From an uncultured Acidimicrobiales bacterium (lineage in GTDB: Bacteria > Actinomycetota > Acidimicrobiia > Acidimicrobiales > VFJN01): a stretch of DNA of 64,000 nucleotides. The stretch covers positions 11,059 through 75,058 of the forward strand of contig CAWJFG010000016.1 of the NCBI GenBank assembly GCA_963842015.1. Reading direction: 5' to 3'. The position numbers and the translations under genes were made by a program. This document shows, in pieces, positions 55,283 through 64,000 of this stretch. The notes beneath the pieces are model-generated. The model worked only from the letters and a program-made list of their open reading frames with translations. It searched no databases and had not been told where the DNA came from. The number at the start of each line of letters is the position of its first letter. Position 1 is the stretch's first letter.

Positions 55283-55290
55283 GCGGTCGC

Positions 55291-55947
55291 TCACGACGTC
55301 AGCCCCTCGGACTCGAGCGCGTGGCGCAGGCCCGCCAGGGCACGACGGATGCGGGACTTCACGGTTCCCTCGGGCTCCCCGAGCATCTCGGCCGTCTCGC
55401 GGTACGAATGGCCCCCGAAGTAGGCGAGGACGATGGCTCGACGCTCGTCCTCGTCGAGGCGCGACACCGCGCGCCGCACCCCTTCGGACAGCGCGGCCAG
55501 GTGCACCTCGGCCTCCACCTCGGGCGACGGAGGCGGCGCCAGCCGCACCTCCCGCTCCTGGCGCCGCTGGCGCGCGGCCTCGGAGCGGACGGTGTCGACC
55601 GCGCGGGCGTGCGCCTGGGCCACCAACCACGGACGGAGTGCCCCGCGCGTCGGATCGAACCGTTGCGGGCGGCGCCACAGATCGACGAAGACGGTCTGGG
55701 TCACGTCCTCCGCGAGCGTGCGGTCGCCGCACACCCGCCGGGCGACCGCCCACACGGCGCCCGCGTAGCGGCGGTACAGCTCGGCGAGCGCGTCGCCGTC
55801 GCCGTCCACCATCGCCGCCACCACGGCGACGTCGTCTGCGGCCTGAGGGTCACGCACGGGCGGGCTCCGGCGCGTCACACCGACGATCCGCGGGGCGGGA
55901 GCCGGCGAGCGCGCCTCGGACGGCCCGGTGGCCGTCGTGAGCGTCAC
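55291..55947 (-). CDS. ECF sigma factor (SigK-like)
   Basis: Motifs include ALAELYRRYAGAVWAVARRV, EDVTQTVFVDLWR, and the HTH YFGGHSYRETAEMLGEPEGTVKSRIRRAL. The anti-sigma gene starts 8 nt downstream. Confidence 0.85.
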   Translation of the reverse strand: MTLTTATGPSEARSPAPAPRIVGVTRRSPPVRDPQAADDVAVVAAMVDGDGDALAELYRRYAGAVWAVARRVCGDRTLAEDVTQTVFVDLWRRPQRFDPTRGALRPWLVAQAHARAVDTVRSEAARQRRQEREVRLAPPPSPEVEAEVHLAALSEGVRRAVSRLDEDERRAIVLAYFGGHSYRETAEMLGEPEGTVKSRIRRALAGLRHALESEGLTS

Positions 55948-56160
55948 CCCGGACTCCGGACAGGGAAGGCCGATCGGAAGGGGGGCATCTCACCGGTGAT
56001 TCGACGCCGACGGCGCGCCGGATGTCTCCCGGCTGGCGTCGGTGCCCCGCGGAACGCACCGAGGAACAGTGCCGCGCCGGGGCCGTGGCTTCAAGGCGAA
56101 CGGCGGTCGTCCGTGGAAAGAGTGTGGAACGCGGCGCCGCGGCTGCCACGATGGTCGGCC

Positions 56161-57774
56161 ATGTTGTCGGTCCGCGGTCTCACGGTCGAGGTCGGCGGCA
56201 CCCTCGTCGTCGAGGGCGCCGCCTTCTCCGTGCGCGCCGGCGACCGGGTGGGGCTCGTCGGGCGCAACGGCGCCGGCAAGACGTCGCTCCTCAAGGTCGT
56301 GGGCGGGATGGCCGAGCCCAAGGCCGGGGTGATCCAGCGTCCGGCGCAGTTCGGCTACCTGCCCCAGGACCCGCGGCTCGACCACATCCCTCCCACCCGC
56401 TCCGCGCTCGCACACGTCCTCGGCGGGCGCGACCTCGACGTGTTGGTCGGCCGCCTCGAGGAGCTGCGCCTGAAGATGGAGGCCCAGCCCGGCGACGAGC
56501 GACTGGTGGCGAAGTGGAGCCGCGCCCACGACGCGTTCGAGCACGCCGGCGGGTACGCGGCCGAGTCCGAGGCCCGGAGGCTGCTGGCCGGCCTCGGCCT
56601 GTGCGGTGACCGCGTCGAGCGCCCGATCACCGTGCTGTCAGGCGGCGAGCGCCGCCGCGCCGAGCTGGCCCGCATCCTGTTCGCGGGCAGCGACCTGCTG
56701 ATGCTCGACGAGCCCACCAACCACCTCGACAACGACGCCCGCGACTGGCTGCTCGACTTCCTGCGCACCTACCGCGGCGCGTTGATCGTGATCAGCCACG
56801 ACCTCGAGCTGCTCGACGAGTCGATCACCCGCGTCCTGCACCTCGACCGCCCGGGCGAGGCCGACGTCGGCGAGCTGACCGACTACAAGGGCACCTACTC
56901 GCAGTACAAGGCGGCCCGCGAGCGCGACGAGGCCCGGCTGGCCAAGATCGCGGCCCGCCAGCAGACCGAGATCGCCCGCTTGCAGACGCTGGTCGACCGG
57001 TGGGGGGCCAAGGCCAGCAAGGCGGCGTTCGCCAAGTCGCTCGAGACGCGCATCGAGCGGATCCGCTCCGAGGGCGTCGAGGCCCCGACGGCCCGGCGCG
57101 GCCTCCGGCTCCACCTCCCCGATCCGCCTCCCTCCGGGCGCACCGCGCTCACCGTGCACCGCCTCGCCAAGAGCTACGGCGACGGGCCGACGGTGTTCGA
57201 CGACCTGGCCTTCGAGGTCGGGCGGGGCGAGCGGCTGCTCGTGCTGGGCCTCAACGGGGCCGGGAAGACCAGCCTCCTGCGCATCCTCGCCGGCACGTCC
57301 GAGGCCGACCACGGCAGCCTCACGTGGGGATACCAGGTCGGCGTCGGCTACTACGCGCAGGAACACGAAGGGATCCGGGCCGGCGCCTCGGTGCTCGATC
57401 ACATGGACGAGGCCGCGCCCGGGCAACCCACGCAGGTCCGGCGGCGGCTGCTCGGCATGTTCGGCCTCAGCGGCGACAAGGTCCACCAGGATGCGTCGAC
57501 CCTGTCGGGCGGCGAGAAGACCAAGCTCGCCCTGTCGCTGCTCGTCGCCGGTCGCCACAACCTGCTGCTCCTCGACGAGCCGACCAACAACCTCGATCCG
57601 CCGTCGCGCGAGGCGGTCGCCGCCGCGCTGGCGAGCTGGGGCGGCACGATGGTCATCGTCAGCCACGATGTCGGGTTCGTGCGCGACCTCGCCCCCGACC
57701 GGGCGCTGCTCATGCCCGACGGTGACCTCGACCACTGGTCCGACGACCTGCTCGACCTCGTCGAGCTGGCCTGA
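56161..57774 (+). CDS. ABC-F family ATPase (two ABC domains, no TMD)
   Basis: It has the paired motifs GRNGAGKTS with LSGGERRR and LLMLDEPTNHLD, then GLNGAGKTS with LSGGEKTK and LLLLDEPTNNLD, joined by a charged linker. Confidence 0.9.
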   Translation: MLSVRGLTVEVGGTLVVEGAAFSVRAGDRVGLVGRNGAGKTSLLKVVGGMAEPKAGVIQRPAQFGYLPQDPRLDHIPPTRSALAHVLGGRDLDVLVGRLEELRLKMEAQPGDERLVAKWSRAHDAFEHAGGYAAESEARRLLAGLGLCGDRVERPITVLSGGERRRAELARILFAGSDLLMLDEPTNHLDNDARDWLLDFLRTYRGALIVISHDLELLDESITRVLHLDRPGEADVGELTDYKGTYSQYKAARERDEARLAKIAARQQTEIARLQTLVDRWGAKASKAAFAKSLETRIERIRSEGVEAPTARRGLRLHLPDPPPSGRTALTVHRLAKSYGDGPTVFDDLAFEVGRGERLLVLGLNGAGKTSLLRILAGTSEADHGSLTWGYQVGVGYYAQEHEGIRAGASVLDHMDEAAPGQPTQVRRRLLGMFGLSGDKVHQDASTLSGGEKTKLALSLLVAGRHNLLLLDEPTNNLDPPSREAVAAALASWGGTMVIVSHDVGFVRDLAPDRALLMPDGDLDHWSDDLLDLVELA

Positions 57775-59062
57775 CGGCGCCGGCCTCCGACGGGTCGGCC
57801 GCGTCGGGCCAGTCGCCCACCACCCGCAGCCGCGGCGCCGACGGGGCCGGAAGGTGGTCGACGATCCGGCGATGGGCGTCGAGCCGCGAGATGTTCATCA
57901 CCAGCCCGTCGCCGGTACGAGCCACCAGGACGTCCGGCACGGCGCCGCTGTCCGCCGCGGCCACCTGGCGGAACAGGCGCCGCCGACGGAACGCGTAGTA
58001 GACGGTCCGCCCGATCTCGACCACACCGACGAGGACCACCGCGGCCGCGGCCACGACGGCCGCGGGGACGCCGCGCACGACGCCCGGCCCGCCGGGATCG
58101 GCGAACGCCGCCCCCGCCGTGGCCGCGGTGAGCGCAGCGGTGGTGATCGCACGATCGAGCCACAGCCGCGGCAGGCGGAAGCCGTGGTGGCCGCTGGCGA
58201 TGCGCAGCATCGACGCCACCAGCGAGAACAGGGCGGCGAACGCGGTCACCGCCCCCCAGGCCGGGTGGCCGGCGAGGTAGAGGCCGAGGCCCAACCCGGC
58301 CACGATGGCGGCGTCGCCGAGATGCGTGCACACGAAGGCGGCCCAGGCCGGGTCGTACCCGAGGACGCGCCCCGGGCGGCCGTCCGGCGCCTCGGGCGCG
58401 AACAGCGTCACCGACAGCGCCGACCGCACGGCGACCACCAGAGCGGCGGCCACGGCCGCCCCGACGGCGAGCAGCAGCGCCGCGGCCAGGGCGAGGCCGA
58501 GGCGCGTCCACCGCCCGTTGCGGGCCCACCAGTTCACGCTGCCCTGGGGACGGCGCCCGCCGACGGCGGCGCGTCCCAGCAGCCGGCCCAGCCACTCGTC
58601 GGCGCACCGGGCGGCCATCACCGGTCGGTGCGGGGGCTCGATCTCGACGTCGTAGCCGTCGACGATGCGGTGCAGGGCCTCGGCGAGGACGCGCGTGGCG
58701 GCGCGGCGCTCCCGCGGCGACGCCGACCGCAGCCGGCGCTCGTGGAGGGCGTCGATGTGCTCGAGCAGGTCGACGTCGTGGTCGAGCATCTCGGTCAGGT
58801 CGCGCCACGCATCGACCGTGTCCGACCCGTCGGACGGGGCCCCGGTCGGCACGACGGTGCCGTCCTCCAGCAGGTGGCCCGCGGTGACGAGGCGGTGCTC
58901 GATCCGGGTGCGGGTGCGGCGCGACTCCTCCCGCAGTCGGGCGGCGACCGCCCCGTCGATCCCGACGTCGCCGGCGAGCAGCGTGCGGGTGGCGTCGGGG
59001 TCGGGGTCGTCCGGGGGCTCGCCCCGGGCGACGGCGGCGGCGGTGTGGTCGGTGGCGTTCAT
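57710..59062 (-). CDS. Hypothetical polytopic membrane protein with a roughly 170-aa soluble N-terminal domain
   Basis: ATG 59062 shares an ATGA overlap with the upstream stop. It has about six hydrophobic helices and no recognisable catalytic motif. Its tail overlaps the ABC-F stop convergently. Confidence 0.6.
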   Translation of the reverse strand: MNATDHTAAAVARGEPPDDPDPDATRTLLAGDVGIDGAVAARLREESRRTRTRIEHRLVTAGHLLEDGTVVPTGAPSDGSDTVDAWRDLTEMLDHDVDLLEHIDALHERRLRSASPRERRAATRVLAEALHRIVDGYDVEIEPPHRPVMAARCADEWLGRLLGRAAVGGRRPQGSVNWWARNGRWTRLGLALAAALLLAVGAAVAAALVVAVRSALSVTLFAPEAPDGRPGRVLGYDPAWAAFVCTHLGDAAIVAGLGLGLYLAGHPAWGAVTAFAALFSLVASMLRIASGHHGFRLPRLWLDRAITTAALTAATAGAAFADPGGPGVVRGVPAAVVAAAAVVLVGVVEIGRTVYYAFRRRRLFRQVAAADSGAVPDVLVARTGDGLVMNISRLDAHRRIVDHLPAPSAPRLRVVGDWPDAADPSEAGAVRPARRGRAGRRTSGRGHRRA

Positions 59063-59988
59063 CGGTCCTCGTCCTCGTCGTTGTCGACCGTGCGCTCGAT
59101 GTCCCAGATGACCCGCATCTCCTCGCCCAGACGGGCCCGGAACCGCTTCAGGCTCTGGGCCAGCGTGTTCGGCTTCATGCCGAGGAAGGCGGCCATGTGG
59201 CGTTGCTCCAGCAGTCCGTGCCTGGTGCGGATCCCGACGGTGTTGAGCTCGTCGAGCCGGCGGGCGTGCCGTTCGATCGCCCACACGGCGAGAAGGGCGG
59301 GCACGCACTCGGCGCCGGTCATCAGCGCATCGATGCGCCGGTGGTGACGCTCGACCGCCAGCCGGTCGGCCGACGGCGGCACGGACAGGAGGCTCCTGTC
59401 CTGGACGTAGCGCCAGGCGGCCCTGGCCCTGCGGTCCTCGTCGCAGATGTGGTCCCACAGCCGGGCGTGGAACTCGGCGCGCACGCAGACGCCGGAGCGG
59501 ACGGCGTCGTAGGCCGCCAGCCAGGCGGTGTCCTTCAGCGGGCGCACGTCGCCGTCGAAGAAGGGCCCGGCGAGGCCGAGGTTCGGGTACACGAAGTAGA
59601 GCCCGAAGAAGGCCCGGGCCACCTCGCCCGGTGAGCGCTCGTCTCGGGTCGCCCCTCGCGCCAGGGCCTCGGCCGCGGCGCCCGCCGCTGCACGATGCTC
59701 GGCCGCGTGGCGCTGCCGATCGAGGCCGTCGAGCCCCTCGTACAGCGCCACGAGGGCGATCTGGCGCAGGTCGATGCTGGCGATCGCCTGCTCGGGAGGG
59801 ACCCGGTCCGCCGTGGGTCGCTGTCGTCGCTCGGGACCGACGGCTCGTCGATGCCCTGACTCGGTCTGCACGCCGCCTCCTCTCCACCTCGGTCGGTGGG
59901 GTTCGACGGCGCTGTCGAGCAATACGGATGGTTGCGGGACAGTACCCAGGGTCCCCGACGGAGATGACACGGCGAGGGTGATCGTCAC
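59059..59988 (-). CDS. Hypothetical protein with a sigma-region-4-like HTH tail
   Basis: GC3-rich ORF. The C-terminus reads LLEQRHMAAFLGMKPNTLAQSLKRFRARLGEE followed by an acidic tail. The true start may lie further downstream, making the gene shorter. Confidence 0.5.
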   Translation of the reverse strand: MTITLAVSSPSGTLGTVPQPSVLLDSAVEPHRPRWRGGGVQTESGHRRAVGPERRQRPTADRVPPEQAIASIDLRQIALVALYEGLDGLDRQRHAAEHRAAAGAAAEALARGATRDERSPGEVARAFFGLYFVYPNLGLAGPFFDGDVRPLKDTAWLAAYDAVRSGVCVRAEFHARLWDHICDEDRRARAAWRYVQDRSLLSVPPSADRLAVERHHRRIDALMTGAECVPALLAVWAIERHARRLDELNTVGIRTRHGLLEQRHMAAFLGMKPNTLAQSLKRFRARLGEEMRVIWDIERTVDNDEDEDR

Positions 59989-60034
59989 GACATCGTCCCG
60001 AACGTCACGATCGTCATCGGGTCGTCACCTCGGC

Positions 60035-60352
60035 CTAGCAGAGGCCGAGTCGATAGCGGGCCATGCGCAGCACATGCCCCGTGAGCTGGCGGAACTCGTC
60101 GTTGAGCTCGGCGATGGCCGCCTCGGTGGCATCGACGTAGCGCCCCACCACCGCCGCGGCCAGCGGGGCGTCGAGCGCAGCGTCGGCGATCAGCCGGTCG
60201 GCCTCCGCCCGCAGGCGCAGCGCAGCGGTGGCGGCCTCGAGACCATGGAGGACCACGCGGTCGAGCGCGGCCCGCTGGAGCGCGGTGTACTCGTCGACGG
60301 CCCCCACCCGCGGCGGCGGCCGCGGGGCGAGGCGGGTGCGGGTCTCGGTCAT
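60035..60352 (-). CDS. Small all-helical hypothetical protein (105 aa)
   Basis: It is GC3-rich, looks helical and Ala/Leu/Arg-rich, and is the first gene of an apparent three-gene unit. Confidence 0.45.
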   Translation of the reverse strand: MTETRTRLAPRPPPRVGAVDEYTALQRAALDRVVLHGLEAATAALRLRAEADRLIADAALDAPLAAAVVGRYVDATEAAIAELNDEFRQLTGHVLRMARYRLGLC

Positions 60353-60423
60353 GGCGCGACGATGCCAGCACCCCCCGACCGGGATGACAGGCTCCGCACG
60401 ACCATCTCGGCGGCGCAGCTCGT

Positions 60424-60507
60424 GCCGTAGCTACGTCGAGGACGAGGACGCCGCCAGCGGCGAATCTGGCCGGCGTGACGGGCGCAAACGTCTGCGGCCA
60501 GGGCACT
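60424..60507 (+). repeat. 84-bp direct repeat, copy 1
   Basis: GCCGTAGCTACGTCGAGGACGAGGACGCCGCCAGCGGCGAATCTGGCCGGCGTGACGGGCGCAAACGTCTGCGGCCAGGGCACT has 2 mismatches against 60584-60667. Confidence 0.85.
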
Positions 60508-60519
60508 CGTGCCCTGGCC
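60496..60519. promoter_or_regulatory. Perfect 11+11 palindrome GGCCAGGGCAC-TC-GTGCCCTGGCC
   Basis: Read directly from the sequence. Its left half belongs to repeat copy 1. Copy 2 lacks the right half. Confidence 0.5.
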
Positions 60520-60583
60520 ATGAACGTTCGCCCGTCAGGCCGAGTCAGATTCGTCGTTGGCAAGGACGCAGGACGAAGGCATA

Positions 60584-60667
60584 GCCGTAGCTACGTCGAG
60601 GACGAGGACGCCGCCAGCGGCGAATCTGGCCGGCGTGACGGGCGCAAACGTTTGTGGCCAGGGCACT
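60584..60667 (+). repeat. 84-bp direct repeat, copy 2
   Basis: It ends 16 nt upstream of the exonuclease ATG 60683. Confidence 0.85.
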
Positions 60668-60682
60668 AGGGTCGGCGGCCGC

Positions 60683-61555
60683 ATGGACGTCCACCTCGTC
60701 GACGGGACCTACGAGCTGTTCCGCTACCACTTCGCGCCCAACAACCGCGACCAGGACCGCGGGGCCACCATCGGTGTGGTCGGCACCCTGCTCCAGCTCG
60801 TCGACGACGGGGCCACCCACATCGGCGTCGCCACCGACCACGTGATCGAGTCCTTCCGGAACGACATGTGGGCCGGTTACAAGTCGTCGGCCGGGATGCC
60901 CCGCGAGCTGCTGGCGCAGTTCCCGCTGGTCGAGTCGGCCATGGAGATGGCGGGCTTCACGGTGTGGCCGCAGGTCGCCTTCGAGGCCGACGACGGCATG
61001 GCCGCCGGCGCGGTCATGGCCGCGGCCGACCCCCGGGTCGAACGGGTCGTCATCTGCACGCCCGACAAGGACCTCGGGCAGTGCGTCGGCGGCAAGGTCG
61101 TGCAGCTCGACCGGCGCAAGGACATGATCTTCGACGCCGCCGGGGTCGAGGAGCGGCTCGGCGTGCCGCCCGCGTCGATCCCCGACCTGCTGGCGCTCGT
61201 GGGCGACGCCGCCGACGGGTTCCCCGGCCTCGCCGGGTGGGGCGCCAAGTCGGCGGCTGCGGTGCTCCGGCGCTGGGGCCACCTCGAGGGCATCCCTGCC
61301 GACCCGACCACGTGGGACTCGGGCGTGCGCGGGGCGGCCAAGCTCAACGCCACCCTCCGGGAGCAGTTCGAGCTGGCCCTGCTGTTCCGGCGCATCGCCA
61401 CCGTCGAGACCGACGCCCCGGTGAGCGAGAGCGTCGACGACCTGCGCTGGAGCGGGCCACCCGACGCCGCGGCCTTCGCCGAGCTGTGCGAGGTCCTCGG
61501 TGCGCCGCGGCTGTCCGAACGTGCGGCTCGCCTCGCCGACCGGGCGGCCGGCTGA
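60683..61555 (+). CDS. 5'-3' exonuclease (FEN/PIN-like, Pol I N-terminal-domain family)
   Basis: It reads MDVHLVDGTYELFRYHFA. Motifs include FEADDGMA, ICTPDKDLGQC and LVGDAADGFPGLAGWGAKSAA. Confidence 0.85.
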   Translation: MDVHLVDGTYELFRYHFAPNNRDQDRGATIGVVGTLLQLVDDGATHIGVATDHVIESFRNDMWAGYKSSAGMPRELLAQFPLVESAMEMAGFTVWPQVAFEADDGMAAGAVMAAADPRVERVVICTPDKDLGQCVGGKVVQLDRRKDMIFDAAGVEERLGVPPASIPDLLALVGDAADGFPGLAGWGAKSAAAVLRRWGHLEGIPADPTTWDSGVRGAAKLNATLREQFELALLFRRIATVETDAPVSESVDDLRWSGPPDAAAFAELCEVLGAPRLSERAARLADRAAG

Positions 61556-62482
61556 TCACTCGATCGGATCGGTGAGCGCGAGAGCCGCCAGCTTGTCCGG
61601 GCTGACCACCGTGTCCACCTCGGTGACGAGCCCGCCTTCGACCGCGACCGCCGTCACGAACACCGGGACGTCCCCCCAGAGCGCCAACGCGCCCTGCTGG
61701 CCGTTGTAGATGCGCCTCTCGAAGCGGACGCCGACCTCGGCCGCCCGGCGCGAGAGGTTGAGCAACAGCCGACCGACCCGCTCGGGCCCGACCACCGGGC
61801 GGCGCGCCGCACGCCGCTCGGCGCCGCCGTCGCTGACGAGCACGACATCGGGGGCCAGCAGCGACAGCACCCGGTCGGTGTCGCCCGCCCTGAGGGCGGC
61901 CACCAGGGCGTCGGCGACCTGTTCGGCATCGTCGGCGGCGGCCCCCGTCCGGTGCTCGTCCCGCACTCGGCTCCGCGCCCGGCTGGCCACCTGCCGGCAC
62001 GCATCGGGGCTGCGGTCGACCACCGCGGCGATCTCGCCGAACGGCACGCCGAACACGTCGGCCAGCAGGAACACCACCCTTTCCACCGGGGTGAGCGACT
62101 CGAGCACGCGCAGGAACCCGAACGTCAGCGACTCGCCCATCTCCGCGAGGTGGGCGGGATCTGCGCCGGGCCCGCTCGGTTCGTCGACCGCCACCACCGG
62201 CTCGGGCAGCCACGGACCGACGTAGCTCTCGCGCCGTCGCTGCGTGGCCCGCAGCCGGTCGAGGGCCAGCCGCGACACCACCGTCGTCAGCCAGGCGGAC
62301 GGGCGCTCGACCGTCGCCTCCCCCGGGCGGCGGGCCCGCACCCAGGCCTCCTGCACCACGTCCTCGGCGTCGACCCGCGATCCCGTGATGCGGTAGGCGA
62401 GGCCGAGGAGCCGGGGGCGCTCGTCGACGAGGGCCCGCTCGACCGCGGTCGCGAGTGGCCCGATCGCGGCCGGCTCAGCCAC
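61556..62482 (-). CDS. ECF41/SigJ-like sigma factor with a SnoaL/NTF2-like C-terminal extension
   Basis: From GTG 62482 the motifs include LLGLAYRITGSRVDAEDVVQEAWVR, ERVVFLLADVFGVPFGEIAAVVDRSPDACRQVASRAR, and the tail LLAPDVVLVSDGG..ALALWGD. Confidence 0.85.
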   Translation of the reverse strand: MAEPAAIGPLATAVERALVDERPRLLGLAYRITGSRVDAEDVVQEAWVRARRPGEATVERPSAWLTTVVSRLALDRLRATQRRRESYVGPWLPEPVVAVDEPSGPGADPAHLAEMGESLTFGFLRVLESLTPVERVVFLLADVFGVPFGEIAAVVDRSPDACRQVASRARSRVRDEHRTGAAADDAEQVADALVAALRAGDTDRVLSLLAPDVVLVSDGGAERRAARRPVVGPERVGRLLLNLSRRAAEVGVRFERRIYNGQQGALALWGDVPVFVTAVAVEGGLVTEVDTVVSPDKLAALALTDPIE

Positions 62483-63917
62483 CGGCAGCCCCCGCGTCGG
62501 CCATCCCCGCGCCGGCCACCACCGGGCGGCGCACGTCGTCGGCCCTGTCGGCGGCGCGGCGGCCGGCCTCCTCACCGGTGGCCAGGGCTGCGTCGGCGAG
62601 GTGAGCACCGGGGCCGAGCCAGTCGCCGGCGACGAAGACGCCGTCGAGGCCCGCGCTGGGCACGCCCGGGCGCCCCGCGAGCCCGCCCGTCTCGGGGGTC
62701 GGCAGGGCGCCGGCGCTGACCATGCGATGACGGTACCGGGCCTCTTCGGCGTCGTCGGGCTCGATCCCGGCCAGCCGGGCGTGGTCCTCGAGCTCGCCTC
62801 GGAGCTCCGCGGCCGACAGGGCCTCGGCGGCGTGGAGGTAGCGCATGCCGTGCACGACCGCGCCCCCGGAAGGGGCGAGGCGCGCCGGAGGCCCGTGGCA
62901 GATGAGGTACAGCGGGCGGTCGAGGGCCAGCAGCACCCGGGTGGCGGGCGGTTCGGTCAGCCCGAGGTCGAGGCACGCGGTGTGGATCGGCCCGGCCAGA
63001 CCGGCCCACGCGGCGGGGCGCTCGGGAAGCACGGTGGCCATGGCGTCCGGCGTCCCGGTTGCCACCACGACCGCCCCGGCCAGGAAGGTGGACACCGCCC
63101 CGCCGCCCGCCGCGCCGTCGCCGCCCGCCGGGCCGGAGCCGTCGCGCACGGGCGCGACGTCGACCCGGACCCGCCGGCCCTCGGGCACCACGGACCGCGC
63201 CGCGGCCGGGACCCGTTCGACCCCGACCTGCCGGCCGGCGGCGGCCAGGCCGTCGAGCAGCGTCTGCCAGCCCCCGTCCAGGTATTCCACGTTGCCCTGG
63301 GCGGCCAGCTTCACCTGGAGCGCGACCAGGTCTGCGGCGGCGGTGTCGAGGTCGGCGACGTACGTCGCGGTGCGGGCGAGCATCTCGATCATCTGGCGCT
63401 CGCCGCCCTCCAGCCCGAGATCGTCGAACCAGGCCGCCGCCGTCCGGTCGGCCAGCTCGTGGGGCCGCCAGCCCGGCATCCCCGCCAGCGTGCGGGCCAG
63501 CCGCGCCAGACCCTTACCTGGCACGAGCCGGCTGCGCACGAGGGAGACCGGTCCGAGCGGCAGCCGGTCGACGATGTCGCCCCGCCGGCCCATGCCCCCG
63601 CGGAGTGGCGGCCGCGCCCCGCGGATCGACACGCCCAGCCGGGCCAGGACCGGGCGCCCGGCGCCCTTGCGGTAGAGCGCGTGGGCACCGCGGTTGAACA
63701 GGAACCGACCCGCGCGCTCGGTGGCGGCCCGGTTCGCTCCCGGGTGCCCGTCGAGCACGACCACGGACCGCCCGGCACCCGAGGCGGTCGCGGCGGCGGT
63801 CAGGCCGGCGAGCCCTCCGCCGACCACCACGACGTCGACCGTGCGGCGGCCCGTCGACTCACCCGTCTCGCCCGTCGGGACTCGTGCTGCCATGGGGGGC
63901 CTCCTCCGCATCGTCAC
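62475..63917 (-). CDS. FAD/NAD(P)-dependent oxidoreductase (phytoene-desaturase-like)
   Basis: The dinucleotide fold reads VDVVVVGGGLAGLTAA and the C-terminal motif is VFVAGDW. Its stop overlaps the sigma start by 8 nt. Confidence 0.8.
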   Translation of the reverse strand: MTMRRRPPMAARVPTGETGESTGRRTVDVVVVGGGLAGLTAAATASGAGRSVVVLDGHPGANRAATERAGRFLFNRGAHALYRKGAGRPVLARLGVSIRGARPPLRGGMGRRGDIVDRLPLGPVSLVRSRLVPGKGLARLARTLAGMPGWRPHELADRTAAAWFDDLGLEGGERQMIEMLARTATYVADLDTAAADLVALQVKLAAQGNVEYLDGGWQTLLDGLAAAGRQVGVERVPAAARSVVPEGRRVRVDVAPVRDGSGPAGGDGAAGGGAVSTFLAGAVVVATGTPDAMATVLPERPAAWAGLAGPIHTACLDLGLTEPPATRVLLALDRPLYLICHGPPARLAPSGGAVVHGMRYLHAAEALSAAELRGELEDHARLAGIEPDDAEEARYRHRMVSAGALPTPETGGLAGRPGVPSAGLDGVFVAGDWLGPGAHLADAALATGEEAGRRAADRADDVRRPVVAGAGMADAGAAGG

Positions 63918-64000
63918 CGGTCATGACGCCGCGAGGGCAGGGGTTGTGACAGCCCGATCGGATCGGCACCTCCCGAGCCGGACCCGACACGTTGCGGATG

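Noticed and set aside
60505-60525. A GAACGTTC motif next to the palindrome, considered as an SOS (LexA) box upstream of the exonuclease.
   Set aside because: Actinobacterial LexA boxes are TCGAAC-N4-GTTCGA. This motif lacks the 4-nt spacer and the flanking bases.

Overview
Very GC-rich chromosomal DNA with GC3-saturated codons and an actinobacterial gene set: Rpf, IniB/IniA/IniC-like genes, PriA, F420-type LLM oxidoreductase, and holB-tmk-topA synteny. About 60 genes are supportable, in three zones. (1) 3.2-16.0 kb is a mosaic accessory region around a tRNA-Thr(CGU). It holds a partial 3'-half tRNA copy fused to a tyrosine-integrase C-terminal remnant, and a second copy of the tRNA 5' half plus its upstream flank. 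These two flank copies bracket about 9 kb (PPK2, DAGK-like kinase, ABC-2 exporter, LAL/LuxR regulator, lipoprotein). At least six copies of a roughly 180-bp palindromic MITE/REP-like element sit between the gene blocks. (2) The housekeeping core holds holB, tmk, topA, thiolase, ccr, methylmalonyl-CoA epimerase and an ABC-F ATPase. (3) 28.1-37.1 kb is an expanded ini-like membrane-remodelling locus. It has three monocistronic IniB-N-domain genes encoding hyper-acidic Asp/Asn repeat proteins, each with the same bipartite upstream box and its own terminator hairpin. These are followed by two translationally coupled dynamin-like GTPases and a coupled FecR-like membrane protein. This locus is the best candidate for an undescribed system variant. 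Other points are four ECF-type sigma factors with unusual partners, two STAND/LuxR regulators, several local repeat arrays, and at least five apparent frameshifts, which may reflect assembly indels rather than biology. All calls rest on reading the sequence and the ORF track by eye, with no searches run. Repeat boundaries are approximate.
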